A DNA stretch of 63,139 bases from Asterias rubens. Taxonomy: Eukaryota. The DNA is taken from NCBI RefSeq assembly GCF_902459465.1, contig NW_022985743.1, positions 1 through 63,139 on the forward strand, written 5' to 3'. The notes beneath the pieces are model-generated. The model was not told where the DNA came from. It saw only the letters and a program-made list of their open reading frames with translations, and searched no databases. This document shows positions 47,761 to 60,900 of this stretch, in pieces. The position numbers were made by a program, and so were the translations under genes. The stretch's first letter is position 1. Each line of letters opens with the position of its first letter.

Positions 47761-49878
47761 TTAAGGGTGATATATGGGTAATTTTATAGCATCTTTGATA
47801 TTTTTTTTCTGTGAAGGGCGCCCATAATTTCACCAATCAAGATTAGCAAAAAGTGACGGCTAAGATGTCGCAAAAAAAGGTATATATTCAGTTCAATTGC
47901 TTTGTTGTTATTGTTTGGGAGGGGTTTTATGATGTTTGGTTTGGGTTTTCTTTCTTCCAATCTTTGTACAATCCAAGAAAAAGTCTTTTTGAAAGGACCA
48001 TTTTGATCAGCAGCCGATTTCACCAAAGTAGTGAGTTATTGCGCCATGTCGTACAACTTTGTGAAATTGGCTGTACATGTAGGGCCCAATTTCATGGCAC
48101 TGCTTTGCAGAATTCTGTGTTTTTACTATGCCCTGTAAAGTGTGTGATTTCTATAGGACCTACGTGCAGAATTCCAGGATAAGCATGGGCATGCCATTGG
48201 ACCCAGACTTGATTTTGTAAATGTAATGCCGTTTTGGCTGGATTGCATTTATCATTTGTAAAGCTTTATGTATCACTACTTTATGTAATAAAACAATATC
48301 AGTTTCTTAATTGAAAAACTAATCGTTGCAGTTTTTATCCTTCATACTGCACTTGCTTACTACGTTAAGTTGAATGTAAAAGTCTATTGATGACGGAAGA
48401 AGGCTGGTATAACAGAAGGTTTTACCAATACACAAAATAACATCAAATTAGACACGTTTAATTGAAGTACTGCTACACATTTATTATGGCAAAATTGTTA
48501 AGTTAAACTTATTTCACTTGTGGAAGCAACACTGGTACTTGTTTAGTTAAATGTTTGTCACAGTTGTATCATTCTGACTCTGCAATTCTCGCAATACCAT
48601 CAGTGTTCTCCCGAGACTGCTGGCCCCCACAAGACTACTGCTGTTGCGACTCTGATCTCTTGTAACAGAGGGCAGTCGGGTATACAAGAGCCGCATGCGC
48701 GAGCAGTTTTCAACCACTATGAGAGCTACATGTAGCTACTCAACGTATTACGCTTTCACAACCTTAACGATTTGTTCACAAGTCTATTAATGACACCAAT
48801 CTATCAGAACATATTTCTGTTTTGATCTTGATGTCTGATAAGATTTTGTTAGAGTGTGATCTTATTCTCTTGCCTGGCTGACGTGAAAAATAAGCAATAC
48901 AACTCGTTCTTAACTGTCAACAAAAGTTGTTGTACTCCCACGATCAAAATTAATAGTGGCATTTTTAAGGTTGGAAACCAGGTTTAATTATGTTTTTTTT
49001 TTTTTTAATATGGAATGGATTCTGAATTGGAATGCAATAGTGATCATTCCTGTTGGTTTCATTTTGCAAAATTAGTAAAGAAAGTAAAGTGTTCAGACAT
49101 TAACATGGCAAATTACAGCGATACAGTTCTGTTTATATTACCACTAGCACTATCAATCTCAAATTACAAAAATACAATTTGTTTGTGTACATTTAATTTT
49201 CCACCCCATAAAATAAGTTCATCAGATCATACATTTACATACATGTTTAATAATTATAATCAAAATGAAAATATACATTTCCCCGTTTAAAAATCTGTGT
49301 ACAAAAATTGATCTAATGACTAATAACAAAAATGGACGGAATTTACTGATAGTTTTGAACATATTAATATCAAGTCAACTGGATGTTGACTTTCATGTAC
49401 TGATAATTTATACAAACTCATACATAAACATAGTTTTACATGTATTTACCCTACAAAATGAAAGTAAAAGAATTTGTACCAGATCTGAGATTATGTTAAT
49501 TCTACATTCAGTGAGAAATAATTGTTGAAAGGAATCCAACATTTTACAAACTCATAACCAAAGTTGAAACAAAAACTCAGTTTGCCTTTAAGAAATTTGA
49601 TGCATGCTGAGGTTGAAATGTGAGTAAGGACGACAAGTGTTATTTGCTATTCAACTAATCGCACAGCAAAATGATGCCACTTGTTGACTATTGCAATTTT
49701 TAAATAAACTTATTCACAATAAACCAAAACCATTCGTTTTTATGTTTCCATATCAATGTCAAAATTTGATATAACTGACTGTGACTGTGTGAATGTTCTC
49801 AAAGAAATCTCGGCAAAAAAATCCTAAATGATACACTTCCTCCTAATTGAACCCATTCACCCCTAAACTCGAAACAGT

Positions 49879-52057
49879 TTATGACTCTTCCTTTTTCTTC
49901 GGTGGCTTTCGTTTCCCATAAGTCCGTTCCCATGTAACGGCATTCTGGCGATCGGATTTAGTGACACAGCTGAAGTCAATCTTCTTCAGTTGTGGAAGTT
50001 TAGCTACGATGCTTTGTCTGTAACCCTTCTGATCCTCAATGGGATTCCCATGAAGGGTCAGAGCGATCAGATTGGGTAGGCCAGCAAGCTTCTCCATCTC
50101 ACTGATGTTGGTGATGTTGTTGCCATGGAGATACAACACTTTCAGCTTGGTGTATTTCAGAAGTATCTGAAAAGTAGGAGAAAGGATATGTCTGTTTTAT
50201 TTAGCCTCATCAGTTTTCAATTAACTGTTCTCTCTGGGGCCCCTGGACACGTACACAATTAAAAGTTAGGTTTAACTCAATTTTCCCAAGCTGTTCTTTG
50301 CTTTGAGAATATGGATTCTATCGTGTCTACAGTTGATCTTTTTCATGCTGCGCCACCAGGTATCTGGAAATCTCGACCACTTGCTCTTTGATCTTGTCTA
50401 GTACCCAAAAAATTCAAATCTCTTCTCAAAACTTATCTTATGTCACATGAATTCAAGGACTAATTTGACTTATTTGGTTGTGTCTGTTTTTCTTTTGTTT
50501 TGTTTTTGGTTTGACTGCACCTTGAACGGTGGATATGTGCTCATTACAAGTCATTGATGTATTGGTTGCACTGAAAAGCAAAGGATGCTTATTTTATCAC
50601 ACAAGCGCCTTAAGCGTAACTGAATTACGGGTATTAGCGCTATAAGAAGCCACTATTGTCTTAATAGACTGGCCTTATACTTCGCTGTTGTAAGGGCAAG
50701 GCAGTTTCTCCTTATAAAATGGCATGTATGGTGGCAAGTTAAATTTCTACCGTAACATTTCAAGGGGCACCAATACTAGGAGCAATGTAGGCAATTGCTT
50801 CCATTACCTCCATGAAGTATTAGGCCTGCAAAGTACAAACCTTCATAACTCATTCTCTGATCAGTTTCCATGCCATGATTACGTTTGTGTTTACTTTGGT
50901 AACTCGGCAGGATCCTAAAGTGAGGACATTAAGCCAAGGATGCTTGATTGTTGGTAGGGTGCTTGATTGTTGGTGGGGTGCAGATTGGACACAAAAGTGC
51001 TATCATGAACGAAACTTGTTAAGCTTGGTAAGAAATCTTGATAGGCAAACTTTTTGATTTCCGTATTAGCAGTTTGTGAGAGCTACTTACTGGATCAATT
51101 TTAGAGAAGTCGTTAAAGGAGAGGTCAATCCAGGTCAAATCTTCTGGGAATTCAACGATCTTGATCAGGGTGGTGTCAAGGCCTGTCATCTCCGACATCT
51201 GATTGTTATTAAGCTTAACTGTTTGGGTGTTGACCTTCCCTTCAGAATTCTTGTCATTTTTGTTGATTTTCACTCTCGGATCTTCATCCAGTACATCTGC
51301 AAAAAAAAAAAACATACAAAGTTTTCTCAATATTCAAATACAAGACTCCCATAATTAAAAAATAAAGGCATGAGAAATGCTGTGAATTACGGGTAGATTT
51401 TTCTTTTGGTGAAGATCCTAAACTCTTTTTCCTAAAACACTATTACGTCATACAATACTAGTGCCCTCTTTAAATGTGAACTCCAGTAGCCAAAATTTGA
51501 TACAGTTTACAATACTTTGCAATCCTGATTGTCTAAGGGTGTATGATATAATTACATTGGGCTGATTTCTTCAGAAAAGGAGGTGCAAGGATCGAGTCCC
51601 ACTTTTAAAACTTTGGTTTTATCCCCAAAATTAAGAGTCCTCTTTATGGTAATACAGGTACATGTATATTGATTCCCAATTTGATTTGTTTATAACAAAA
51701 CCCCCCACTTGTTAGGAAATAAAGTCTGAATTATATTAAATAATTAGCTGATTACCATCTCATGACTGCAGAATATGTCACGTTCACCAAAACCATTAAA
51801 ATAAACGGCTGCTTATCAAAGATACCCAGTACATGTACCAGGTATATATCAGCTGCCACAAAAAGGAAAGCATTACCAATTGTTTTTAAGGGAGCCATTA
51901 ACAGAAAGTTCAAGACAAGATACTCTAGATTGTAACAATTTAAACAAGTTGCTTCACCTTCCACTAATAGCATTCCCTTGAATGAATAATCCAAAGTTGG
52001 ATGGTTGCAGTTGTCATTCTTGGCATCAATGCCACCTCTTGGGCTTAACTCAGTCAT
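49879..52057 (-). CDS. LRRC51: Leucine-rich repeat-containing protein 51, ~197 aa, 3 coding exons
   Basis: Exons 52057-51958, 51296-51091, 50166-49879 (594 nt). PTLDYSF, LNNN, LTWIDLSFNDFSKIDP, LYLHGNNI, LTLHGNPIEDQKGYRQ and IDFSCVTKSDR. A probable 5'UTR donor lies at 52738 (AG|GTAAGT). Confidence 0.94.
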
Positions 52058-53693
52058 TGCATCTACTTCCAGCTTACATGTATGATGTAGGTTACCTAGG
52101 AGTGGGAGATGACATGAAATTGATATATTATCATATATCTTATTTAAATTAAAACAGCACACTATTGCGGTAGTGTTACTTAAACTAATTAGTGAATTTA
52201 AATCGTGTTTCTTATGCCTTTGGGAAGTAATGTTTGTTCATTTATATTGTAAGCTTGTGTTTTGTAGATCCTCTCATTTCAACCACCCCAGGCCCTCAAC
52301 CCATCCCAGTTACAATGCCCAACCAGGCAGTGCTCTGTTCGTTTACGATGCTCGCCGTTCACGCATTAAAGCGCACACATCACTTTAACACAATGCAATG
52401 TGCTGAAGTACTAGAAATAGTAGCTTTGTAATCCCCCTTTAACAAAAGGTTTAGTTCGACTCGGCAGGCTCGGCTGAAGCTCAGCAGGACATTGGTCTAC
52501 TGGACTGTCCACTGGCGGTCGCACTAAATACCGACAACTCACGACCCCTCACGACAACAAATTTAATGCACTTTAAAAGAACATTTGAACATAAGTCAAC
52601 CGTTAAATGTAGAAGTGTCATGCATCCAAATCACTTTCAGATTAATGATTTTTTTTATTTTGAACTGTAAAGAGAAAGATTTTTCACCCCAAATTAGTAA
52701 CCAACGCTATTAACCGCCATGTTGTCTTTCGACTTACCTAGACGATAACATTATACTGCGAGGATTATTTCTAAGGACTGAGTTGCATTCTATTCTTCTC
52801 GTAAATAACAAAGCCACCACTCTGGAATTTGAAGTTACGAGGGGACATTTAAATATAATATTTTGATATTGAAACTCCATGAGAGCTGAGGCATATAAAA
52901 GGGTAACTAATCATCTTGCATTTAGTATTACCCGTGAACAAAAATGAAAGCGGTGAACATGTTGAGGGAAGTAAAGAACATGCGCTGCAACACAACTTTG
53001 GCAATTTGTTAACTCAACAAAAAGGCAATGCAAATTGCAAGCATTATGATGAATGGTGGGGAAACTGATGTTATTGATGGTAAACGCTCCTAAATTATTC
53101 ACAACCTATTATTTTTCAAAAGCATCATCGGATCAGAGATTAGTAATCTCTGATCCGACGAGGCCCAAAATGATACTAGACCCTACTTCTAGAAACTATA
53201 AGGCTATAATATATCCTATCGTCATACGTTATCGACCCTCATATGTTTTCGAACCCCAACTTTGATTCGCGTTTACCGCTAGATTGTGCAAGCTGCACCG
53301 GTTGCAGAAGCCCCGCAGTTTACTCACGGTCTGTATTTTTATCAGGCTTAATCATGCTGAGAATAAAGTTTCCTGATGTTGGTTATGCTCAAACATTTAT
53401 AAAATGATTGATTTTTGGTACAAATCACTACACATTATTATGCCAACATTCAATTGATATCAATATAAACCACAAGGGAAACTGACTGGGTAAATTTGTA
53501 AATGATTTTTGGGGTTGAACAAAGAATTGACTGGAGTGGGATTCGAACCAATCTCGAAAGTTCGAAACAAAACTACTAACTCACTAGACGGATCACGTGA
53601 GGTGGTTACTAATTGGGATTCTATGGTGTGCCAATATGAGGAAAAAAATTAAAATATTGTAAGTGAAAATGACACTTTTATTTTTTTGATTAA

Positions 53694-53920
53694 AGCCATT
53701 GGAACCTTTCGGTACAGAAAAAAAACAAGTTCACAGATTTACAAATAACTTACAGGGTTTACAGCAGGTAGTGGTGAAAGACTTCTCTTGAAATATTATT
53801 CCATGAAATGCTTTACTTTTTGAGAAAACAGTAAAACAATATCAATTCTCGTTGGCGAGAATTACGGATTTATTTTAAACACATGTCATGGCACGGAGAA
53901 ACGTGCGGATACACGGGTGG
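53694..53920. mobile_element. Truncated MITE family 2 copy
   Basis: TTAA|AGCCATTGGAACCTTTCGGTACAG..., colinear with 35821 onward; the second TIR is missing. Confidence 0.85.
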
Positions 53921-54989
53921 AGATAAGGCGAGGTACACATTACTATTTTATATAAGAATGTTAGGTACACTACATAATTAGATCGTTTACGTTCCAGTCA
54001 TTACAATTTACCTTAATTTTTTATTTTTATAGTTTGTACTAAAAACAATTTTAGTTAATTTTACAACCATTTTATTAACCTACCCTCCTCCCTGACCGCC
54101 ACCGTGACCTTGTTGTAACTTGAATTGACGAATTTGGTTAACAAAACAAATCTTCGAGATTGCGTATGATGAACTATGGATAAAAATACAATCTTAAAGT
54201 CATTCAGCAGGATGAAGCGCCACAAAAAGTCTAAAGACACGGAAGATGTTTAAGTCGCCATCTTGGTTGTTCAGGGTAACGAACTTTAGTAGTAGAGATA
54301 GAGGACTTAAACTTGTCTAAGTCGTATTGTACTTTTTTGACCGCATGAGGGCGTATGTATGTGTTTTTCCATAGAAATAAAACCCGGGTCTCACAACGAA
54401 ACCGCACGCACAATGAGACACTCAGCGTTCTCCGGGTTCTATTTCTATGGTGTTTTCATAAAATTATGCGGGTAAACTACAAACCGGCAATTAAATTAAT
54501 ATGAAGCTGTAATGTTGATGCAAGACAATTACTGTTTCCCTGACAGCGTCCCCATGTGACCATGCATTTGTTTTAGAAAATAATGTTGAAGTTGGGATTC
54601 AATTGTACGTAGGCCCAACACCTATACCATAACTAATTAGTGTAGTGATATTTTCCCTGTTATTTTGTATACAGCAAAAACTTTCATTGCGGAAACATGC
54701 AAATCCATGGTGAACGTGCATGGCCAAAATGTTCTACTAAACTGTGAAATACACTTGCTTGCATAGCAACATATTATGCTACAGTAAGCACGAACATATT
54801 CTTACTGGTAAGCAACACTATGAACTTGGGACCAACATCTAAACCGAGGCATAGAAACAACTCTAGCCTGACGCCATTGTCTCAGCTTATTATGCTTATT
54901 AGGGACAATACTGTAGGCGCATGATTGAAGACTGCAACAAGACTTCTTAAACTGGTTCTGTCTCTAGCCATTGGGATGCCACATCGAAA

Positions 54990-57900
54990 TGTTACCCCAA
55001 AAGCCTTAAATATAGTTTTAAATTACCTTTTAAAGGTGTTTTCCCACGTAGAATGAACAATATCCAACTTGTGGTTGTAAGGGAAATAACCGGGCATTAA
55101 ACTATTCATGTGACGTCACGCTATTGCTGTGAGGGACCGTGTTCACGTAGGGACCGTAAGCAACAACTTTAAAGATTGCAGAAACTTATTCACTACATGT
55201 ATACATATCTTTTCCTGGTTCTCACATCAAATGGTTAGGCCTACACCTGCTAGTCTATGCGGTGGGCCATTATATAATCACAATACATGGCTTCGGTTGT
55301 CATGGTTAAGCAAAACCGCACGTCCTGTACTCCAACAAGTTAACATTTGTGTTAGATGGTCTGTCCACTAAGCTTTGGTTCATTGTTAATAACAATAGTG
55401 CTTGCCAGTTGTAGAAAGATACCACAAAATGTCCCTTTCAACCAGTCGATACTGCCCATCTATGTTAACCATTGCCAGTGGAGCCTTCATGTAAGGCACG
55501 TTGGCAGTCTAGGGTCTTTTAATAAAGAACTTAACTCTTGTGACATAACTTTTTTGTTTTATCCGATATCAAATGTTGGTTGATAAAACTTTTGCCTACT
55601 GAGTCTATGAATTCAAACTATAAAATTCACTTTTGCGCTATGAAAAATTCGCATATAAAATAGAGAAGAAATTAAATTGGATTGATAAATTATGTGTTAA
55701 CTCAAGTGCTTACTTACGAACACCTCATTTAAAAGGAAAGTAACATTTAAAGAAAATCTCAGAGCTTTAAATGTAGTTTTACTTTCTTTAGTATGGTTTT
55801 TTCCCCCATGCAATGAACCATATCTAATTTGTGGCTGTATGGAATCAACCGGACATTAACTATTCATGTGACGTCATGCTATTGCTGTGAGGGACCGGGT
55901 TCACGTGGTAGGGACCGTAAGCAACAACTTTAAAGATTGCTGAAACTTATTCACTACATGTATACATATCTTTTCCTGGTTCTCACATCAAATGGTTAGG
56001 CCTACACGTACTAGTCTATGCGGTGGCCCATTATATAATCACAATACATGGCTTCGGTTGTCATGGTTAAGCAAAACTAAATCACCTTTGTTCCAAAACC
56101 GCACGTCCTTTACTCCAACAAGTTAACTTTTGTGTTAGATTGTCTGTCCACTACGCTTTGGTTCATTGTTAATAACAATAGTGCTTGCCAGTTGTAGAAA
56201 GATACTACAAAATGTCCCTTTCAACCAGTCGATACTGCCCATCTATGTTAACCATTGTCAGTGGAGCCTTCATAAAAGGCACGTTGGCAGTCTAGGGTCT
56301 TTTAATAAAGAATTTAACTTCTGTGACATAACTTTTTTGTTTTATCCGATATAAAATGTTGGTTGATAAAACTTTTGCCTACTGAGTCTACGAATTCAAA
56401 CTATAAACTTCACTTTTGCGCTATGAAAAATTCGCATATAAAAAGAAGAAGAAATTAAATTGGCTTGATAAATTATGTGTTAACTCAAGTGCTTACTTAT
56501 GAACATCTAACTAAAAAGGAAAGTAACATTTAAAGAAAATCTCAGAGCTTTCAATATAGTTTTTACATTATTTAGTACAGTATTTTCCCCCCTGGAATGA
56601 ACCATATCCAATTTGTGGTTGTAAGGGAAATAACCGGACATTGAACTATTCATGTGACGTCACGCTATTGCTGTGAGGGACCGTGTTCACGTAGGGACCG
56701 TAAGCAACAACTTTAAAGATTGCTGAAACTTATTCACTACATGTATGCATATCTTTTCCTGATTCTCACATCAAATGGTTAGACCTACACCTACTAGTCT
56801 ATGCGGTGGGCCATTATATAATCACAATACATGGCTTCGGTTGTCATGGTTAAGCAAAACTTAATCACCATTGTTCCAAAACCGCGTCCTATCCTTCAAC
56901 AAGTAAACCTTTGTGTTAGATGGTCTGTCCACTACGCTTTAGTTCATTGTTAATAACAATAGTGCTTGCCAGTTGTAGAAAGATACCACAAAATGTCCCT
57001 TTCAACCAGTCGATACTGCCCATCTATGTTAACCATTGCCAGTGGAGCCTTCATGTAAGGCACGTTGGCAGTCTAGGGTCTTTTAATAAAGAACTTAACT
57101 CTTGTGACATAACTTTTTTGTTTTATCCGACATAAAATGTTGGTTGATAAAACTTTTGCCTACTGAGTCTATGAATTCAAACTATAAAATTCACTTTTGC
57201 GCTATGAAAAATTCGCATATAAAATAGAGAAGAAATTAAATTGGATTGATAAATTATGTGTTAACTCAAGTGCTTACTTACGAACACCTCATTAAAAAGG
57301 AAAGTAACATTTAAAGAAAATCTCAGAGCTTTAAATGTAGTTTTACTTTCTTTAGTATAGTTTTTTCCCCCGTGCAATGAACCATATCTAATTTGTGGCT
57401 GTATGGAATCAACCGGACATTAAACTATTCATGTGACGTCACGCTATTGCTGTGAGGGACCGTGTTCACGTAGGGACCGTAAGCAACAACTTTAAAGATT
57501 GCTGAAACTTATTCACTACATGTATACATATCTTTTCCTGGTTCTCACATCAAATGGTTAGGCCTACACGTACTAGTCTATGCGGTGGCCCATTATATAA
57601 TCACAATACATGGCTTCGGTTGTCATGGTTAAGCAAAACTAAATCACCTTTGTTCCAAAACCGCACGTCCTTTACTCCAACAAGTTAACTTTTGTGTTAG
57701 ATTGTCTGTCCACTACGCTTTGGTTCATTGTTAATAACAATAGTGCTTGCCAGTTGTAGAAAGATACTACAAAATGTCCCTTTCAACCAGTCGATACTGC
57801 CCATCTATGTTAACCATTGCCAGTGGAGCCTTCATAAAAGGCACGTTGGCAGTCTAGGGTCTTTTAATAAAGAATTTAACTTCTGTGACATAACTTTTTT

Positions 57901-60900
57901 GTTTTATCCGATATAAAATGTTGGTTGATAAAACTTTTGCCTACTGAGTCTACGAATTCAAACTATAAACTTCACTTTTGCGCTATGAAAAATTCGCATA
58001 TAAAAAGAAGAAGAAATTAAATTGGCTTGATAAATTATGTGTTAACTCAAGTGCTTACTTATGAACATCTTATTAAAAAGGAAAGTAACATTTAAAGAAA
58101 ATCTCAGAGCTTTCAATATAGTTTTTACATTATTTAGTACAGTATTTTCCCCCCTGGAATGAACCATATCCAATTTGTGGTTGTAAGGGAAATAACCGGA
58201 CATTGAACTATTCATGTGACGTCACGCTATTGCTGTGAGGGACCGTGTTCACGTAGGGACCGTAAGCAACAACTTTAAAGATTGCTGAAACTTATTCACT
58301 ACATGTATACATATCTTTTCCTGATTCTCACATCAAATGGTTAGACCTACACCTACTAGTCTATGCGGTGGGCCATTATATAATCACAATACATGGCTTC
58401 GGTTGTCATGGTTAAGCAAAACTTAATCACCATTGTTCAAAAACCGCGTCCTATCCTTCAACAAGTAAACCTTTGTGTTAGATGGTCTGTCCACTACGCT
58501 TTAGTTCATTGTTAATAACAATAGTGCTTGCCAGTTGTAGAAAGATACCACAAAATGTCCCTTTCAACCAGTCGATACTGCCCATCTATGTTAACCATTG
58601 CCAGTGGAGCCTTCATGTAAGGCACGTTGGCAGTCTAGGGTCTTTTAATAAAGAACTTAACTCTTGTGACATAACTTTTTTGTTTTATCCGATATAAAAT
58701 GTTGGTTGATAAAACTTTTGCCTACTGAGTCTATGAATTCAAACTATAAAATTCACTTTTGCGCTATGAAAAATTCGCATATAAAATAGAGAAGAAATTA
58801 AATTGGATTGATAAATTATGTGTTAACTCAAGTGCTTACTTACGAACACCTCATTAAAAAGGAAAGTAACATTTAAAGAAAATCTCAGAGCTTTAAATGT
58901 AGTTTTACTTTCTTTAGTATAGTTTTTTCCCCCGTGCAATGAACCATATCTAATTTGTGGCTGTATGGAATCAACCGGACATTAAACTATTCATGTGACG
59001 TCACGCTATTGCTGTGAGGGACCGTGTTCACGTAGGGACCGTAAGCAACAACTTTAAAGATTGCTGAAACTTATTCACTACATGTATACATATCTTTTCC
59101 TGGTTCTCACATCAAATGGTTAGGCCTACACGTACTAGTCTATGCGGTGGCCCATTATATAATCACAATACATGGCTTCGGTTGTCATGGTTAAGCAAAA
59201 CTAAATCACCTTTGTTCCAAAACCGCACGTCCTTTACTCCAACAAGTTAACTTTTGTGTTAGATTGTCTGTCCACTACGCTTTGGTTCATTGTTAATAAC
59301 AATAGTGCTTGCCAGTTGTAGAAAGATACTACAAAATGTCCCTTTCAACCAGTCGATACTGCCCATCTATGTTAACCATTGCCAGTGGAGCCTTCATAAA
59401 AGGCACGTTGGCAGTCTAGGGTCTTTTAATAAAGAATTTAACTTCTGTGACATAACTTTTTTGTTTTATCCAATATAAAATGTTGGTTGATAAAACTTTT
59501 GCCTACTGAGTCTACGAATTCAAACTATAAACTTCACTTTTGCGCTATGAAAAATTCGCATATAAAAAGAAGAAGAAATTAAATTGGCTGATAAATTATG
59601 TGTTAACTCAAGTGCTTACTTATGAACACCTCATTAAAAAGGAAAGTAACATTTAAAGAAAATCTCAGAGCTTTCAATATAGTTTTACTTTCTTTAGTAT
59701 AGTTTTTCCCCCGTGCAATGAACCATATCCAATTTGTGGTTGTAAGGGAAATAACCGGACATTGAACTATTCATGTGACGTCACGCTATTGCTGTGAGGG
59801 ACCGTGTTCACGTAGGGACCGTAAGCAACAACTTTAAAGATTGCTGAAACTTATTCACTACATGTATACATATCTTTTCCTGATTCTCACATCAAATGGT
59901 TAGGCCTACACGTACTAGTCTATGCGGTGGCCCATTATATAATCACAATACATGGCTTCGGTTGTCATGGTTAAGCAAAACTTAATCACCATTGTTCAAA
60001 AACCGCGTCCTATCCTTCAACAAGTAAACCTTTGTGTTAGATGGTCTGTCCACTACGCTTTAGTTCATTGTTAATAACAATAGTGCTTGCCAGTTGTAGA
60101 AAGATACCACAAAATGTCCCTTTCAACCAGTCGATACTGCCCATCTATGTTAACCATTGCCAGTGGAGCCTTCATGTAAGGCACGTTGGCAGTCTAGGGT
60201 CTTTTAATAAAGAACTTAACTCTTGTGACATAACTTTTTTGTTTTATCCGATATAAAATGTTGGTTGATAAAACTTTTGCCTACTGAGTCTATGAATTCA
60301 AACTATAAAATTCACTTTTGCGCTATGAAAAATTCGCATATAAAATAGAGAAGAAATTAAATTGGATTGATAAATTATGTGTTAACTCAAGTGCTTACTT
60401 ACGAACACCTCATTAAAAAGGAAAGTAACATTTAAAGAAAATCTCAGAGCTTTAAATGTAGTTTTACTTTCTTTAGTATAGTTTTTCCCCCGTGCAATGA
60501 ACCATATCTAATTTGTGGCTGTATGGAATCAACCGGACATTAAACTATTCATGTGACGTCACGCTATTGCTGTGAGGGACCGTGTTCACGTAGGGACCGT
60601 AAGCAACAACTTTAAAGATTGCTGAAACTTATTCACTACATGTATACATATCTTTTCCTGGTTCTCACATCAAATGGTTAGGCCTACACGTACTAGTCTA
60701 TGCGTTGGCCCATTATATAATCACAATACATGGCTTCGGTTGTCATGGTTAAGCAAAACTAAATCACCTTTGTTCCAAAACCGCACGTCCTTTACTCCAA
60801 CAAGTTAACTTTTGTGTTAGATTGTCTGTCCACTACGCTTTGGTTCATTGTTAATAACAATAGTGCTTGCCAGTTGTAGAAAGATACTACAAAATGTCCC

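Noticed and set aside
52058-52095. Minimal uORFs (ATG TAA; ATG CAA TGA) before the LRRC51 start
   Set aside because: The first arises from the abundant TACATGTA motif, and the 5'UTR structure is unconfirmed.
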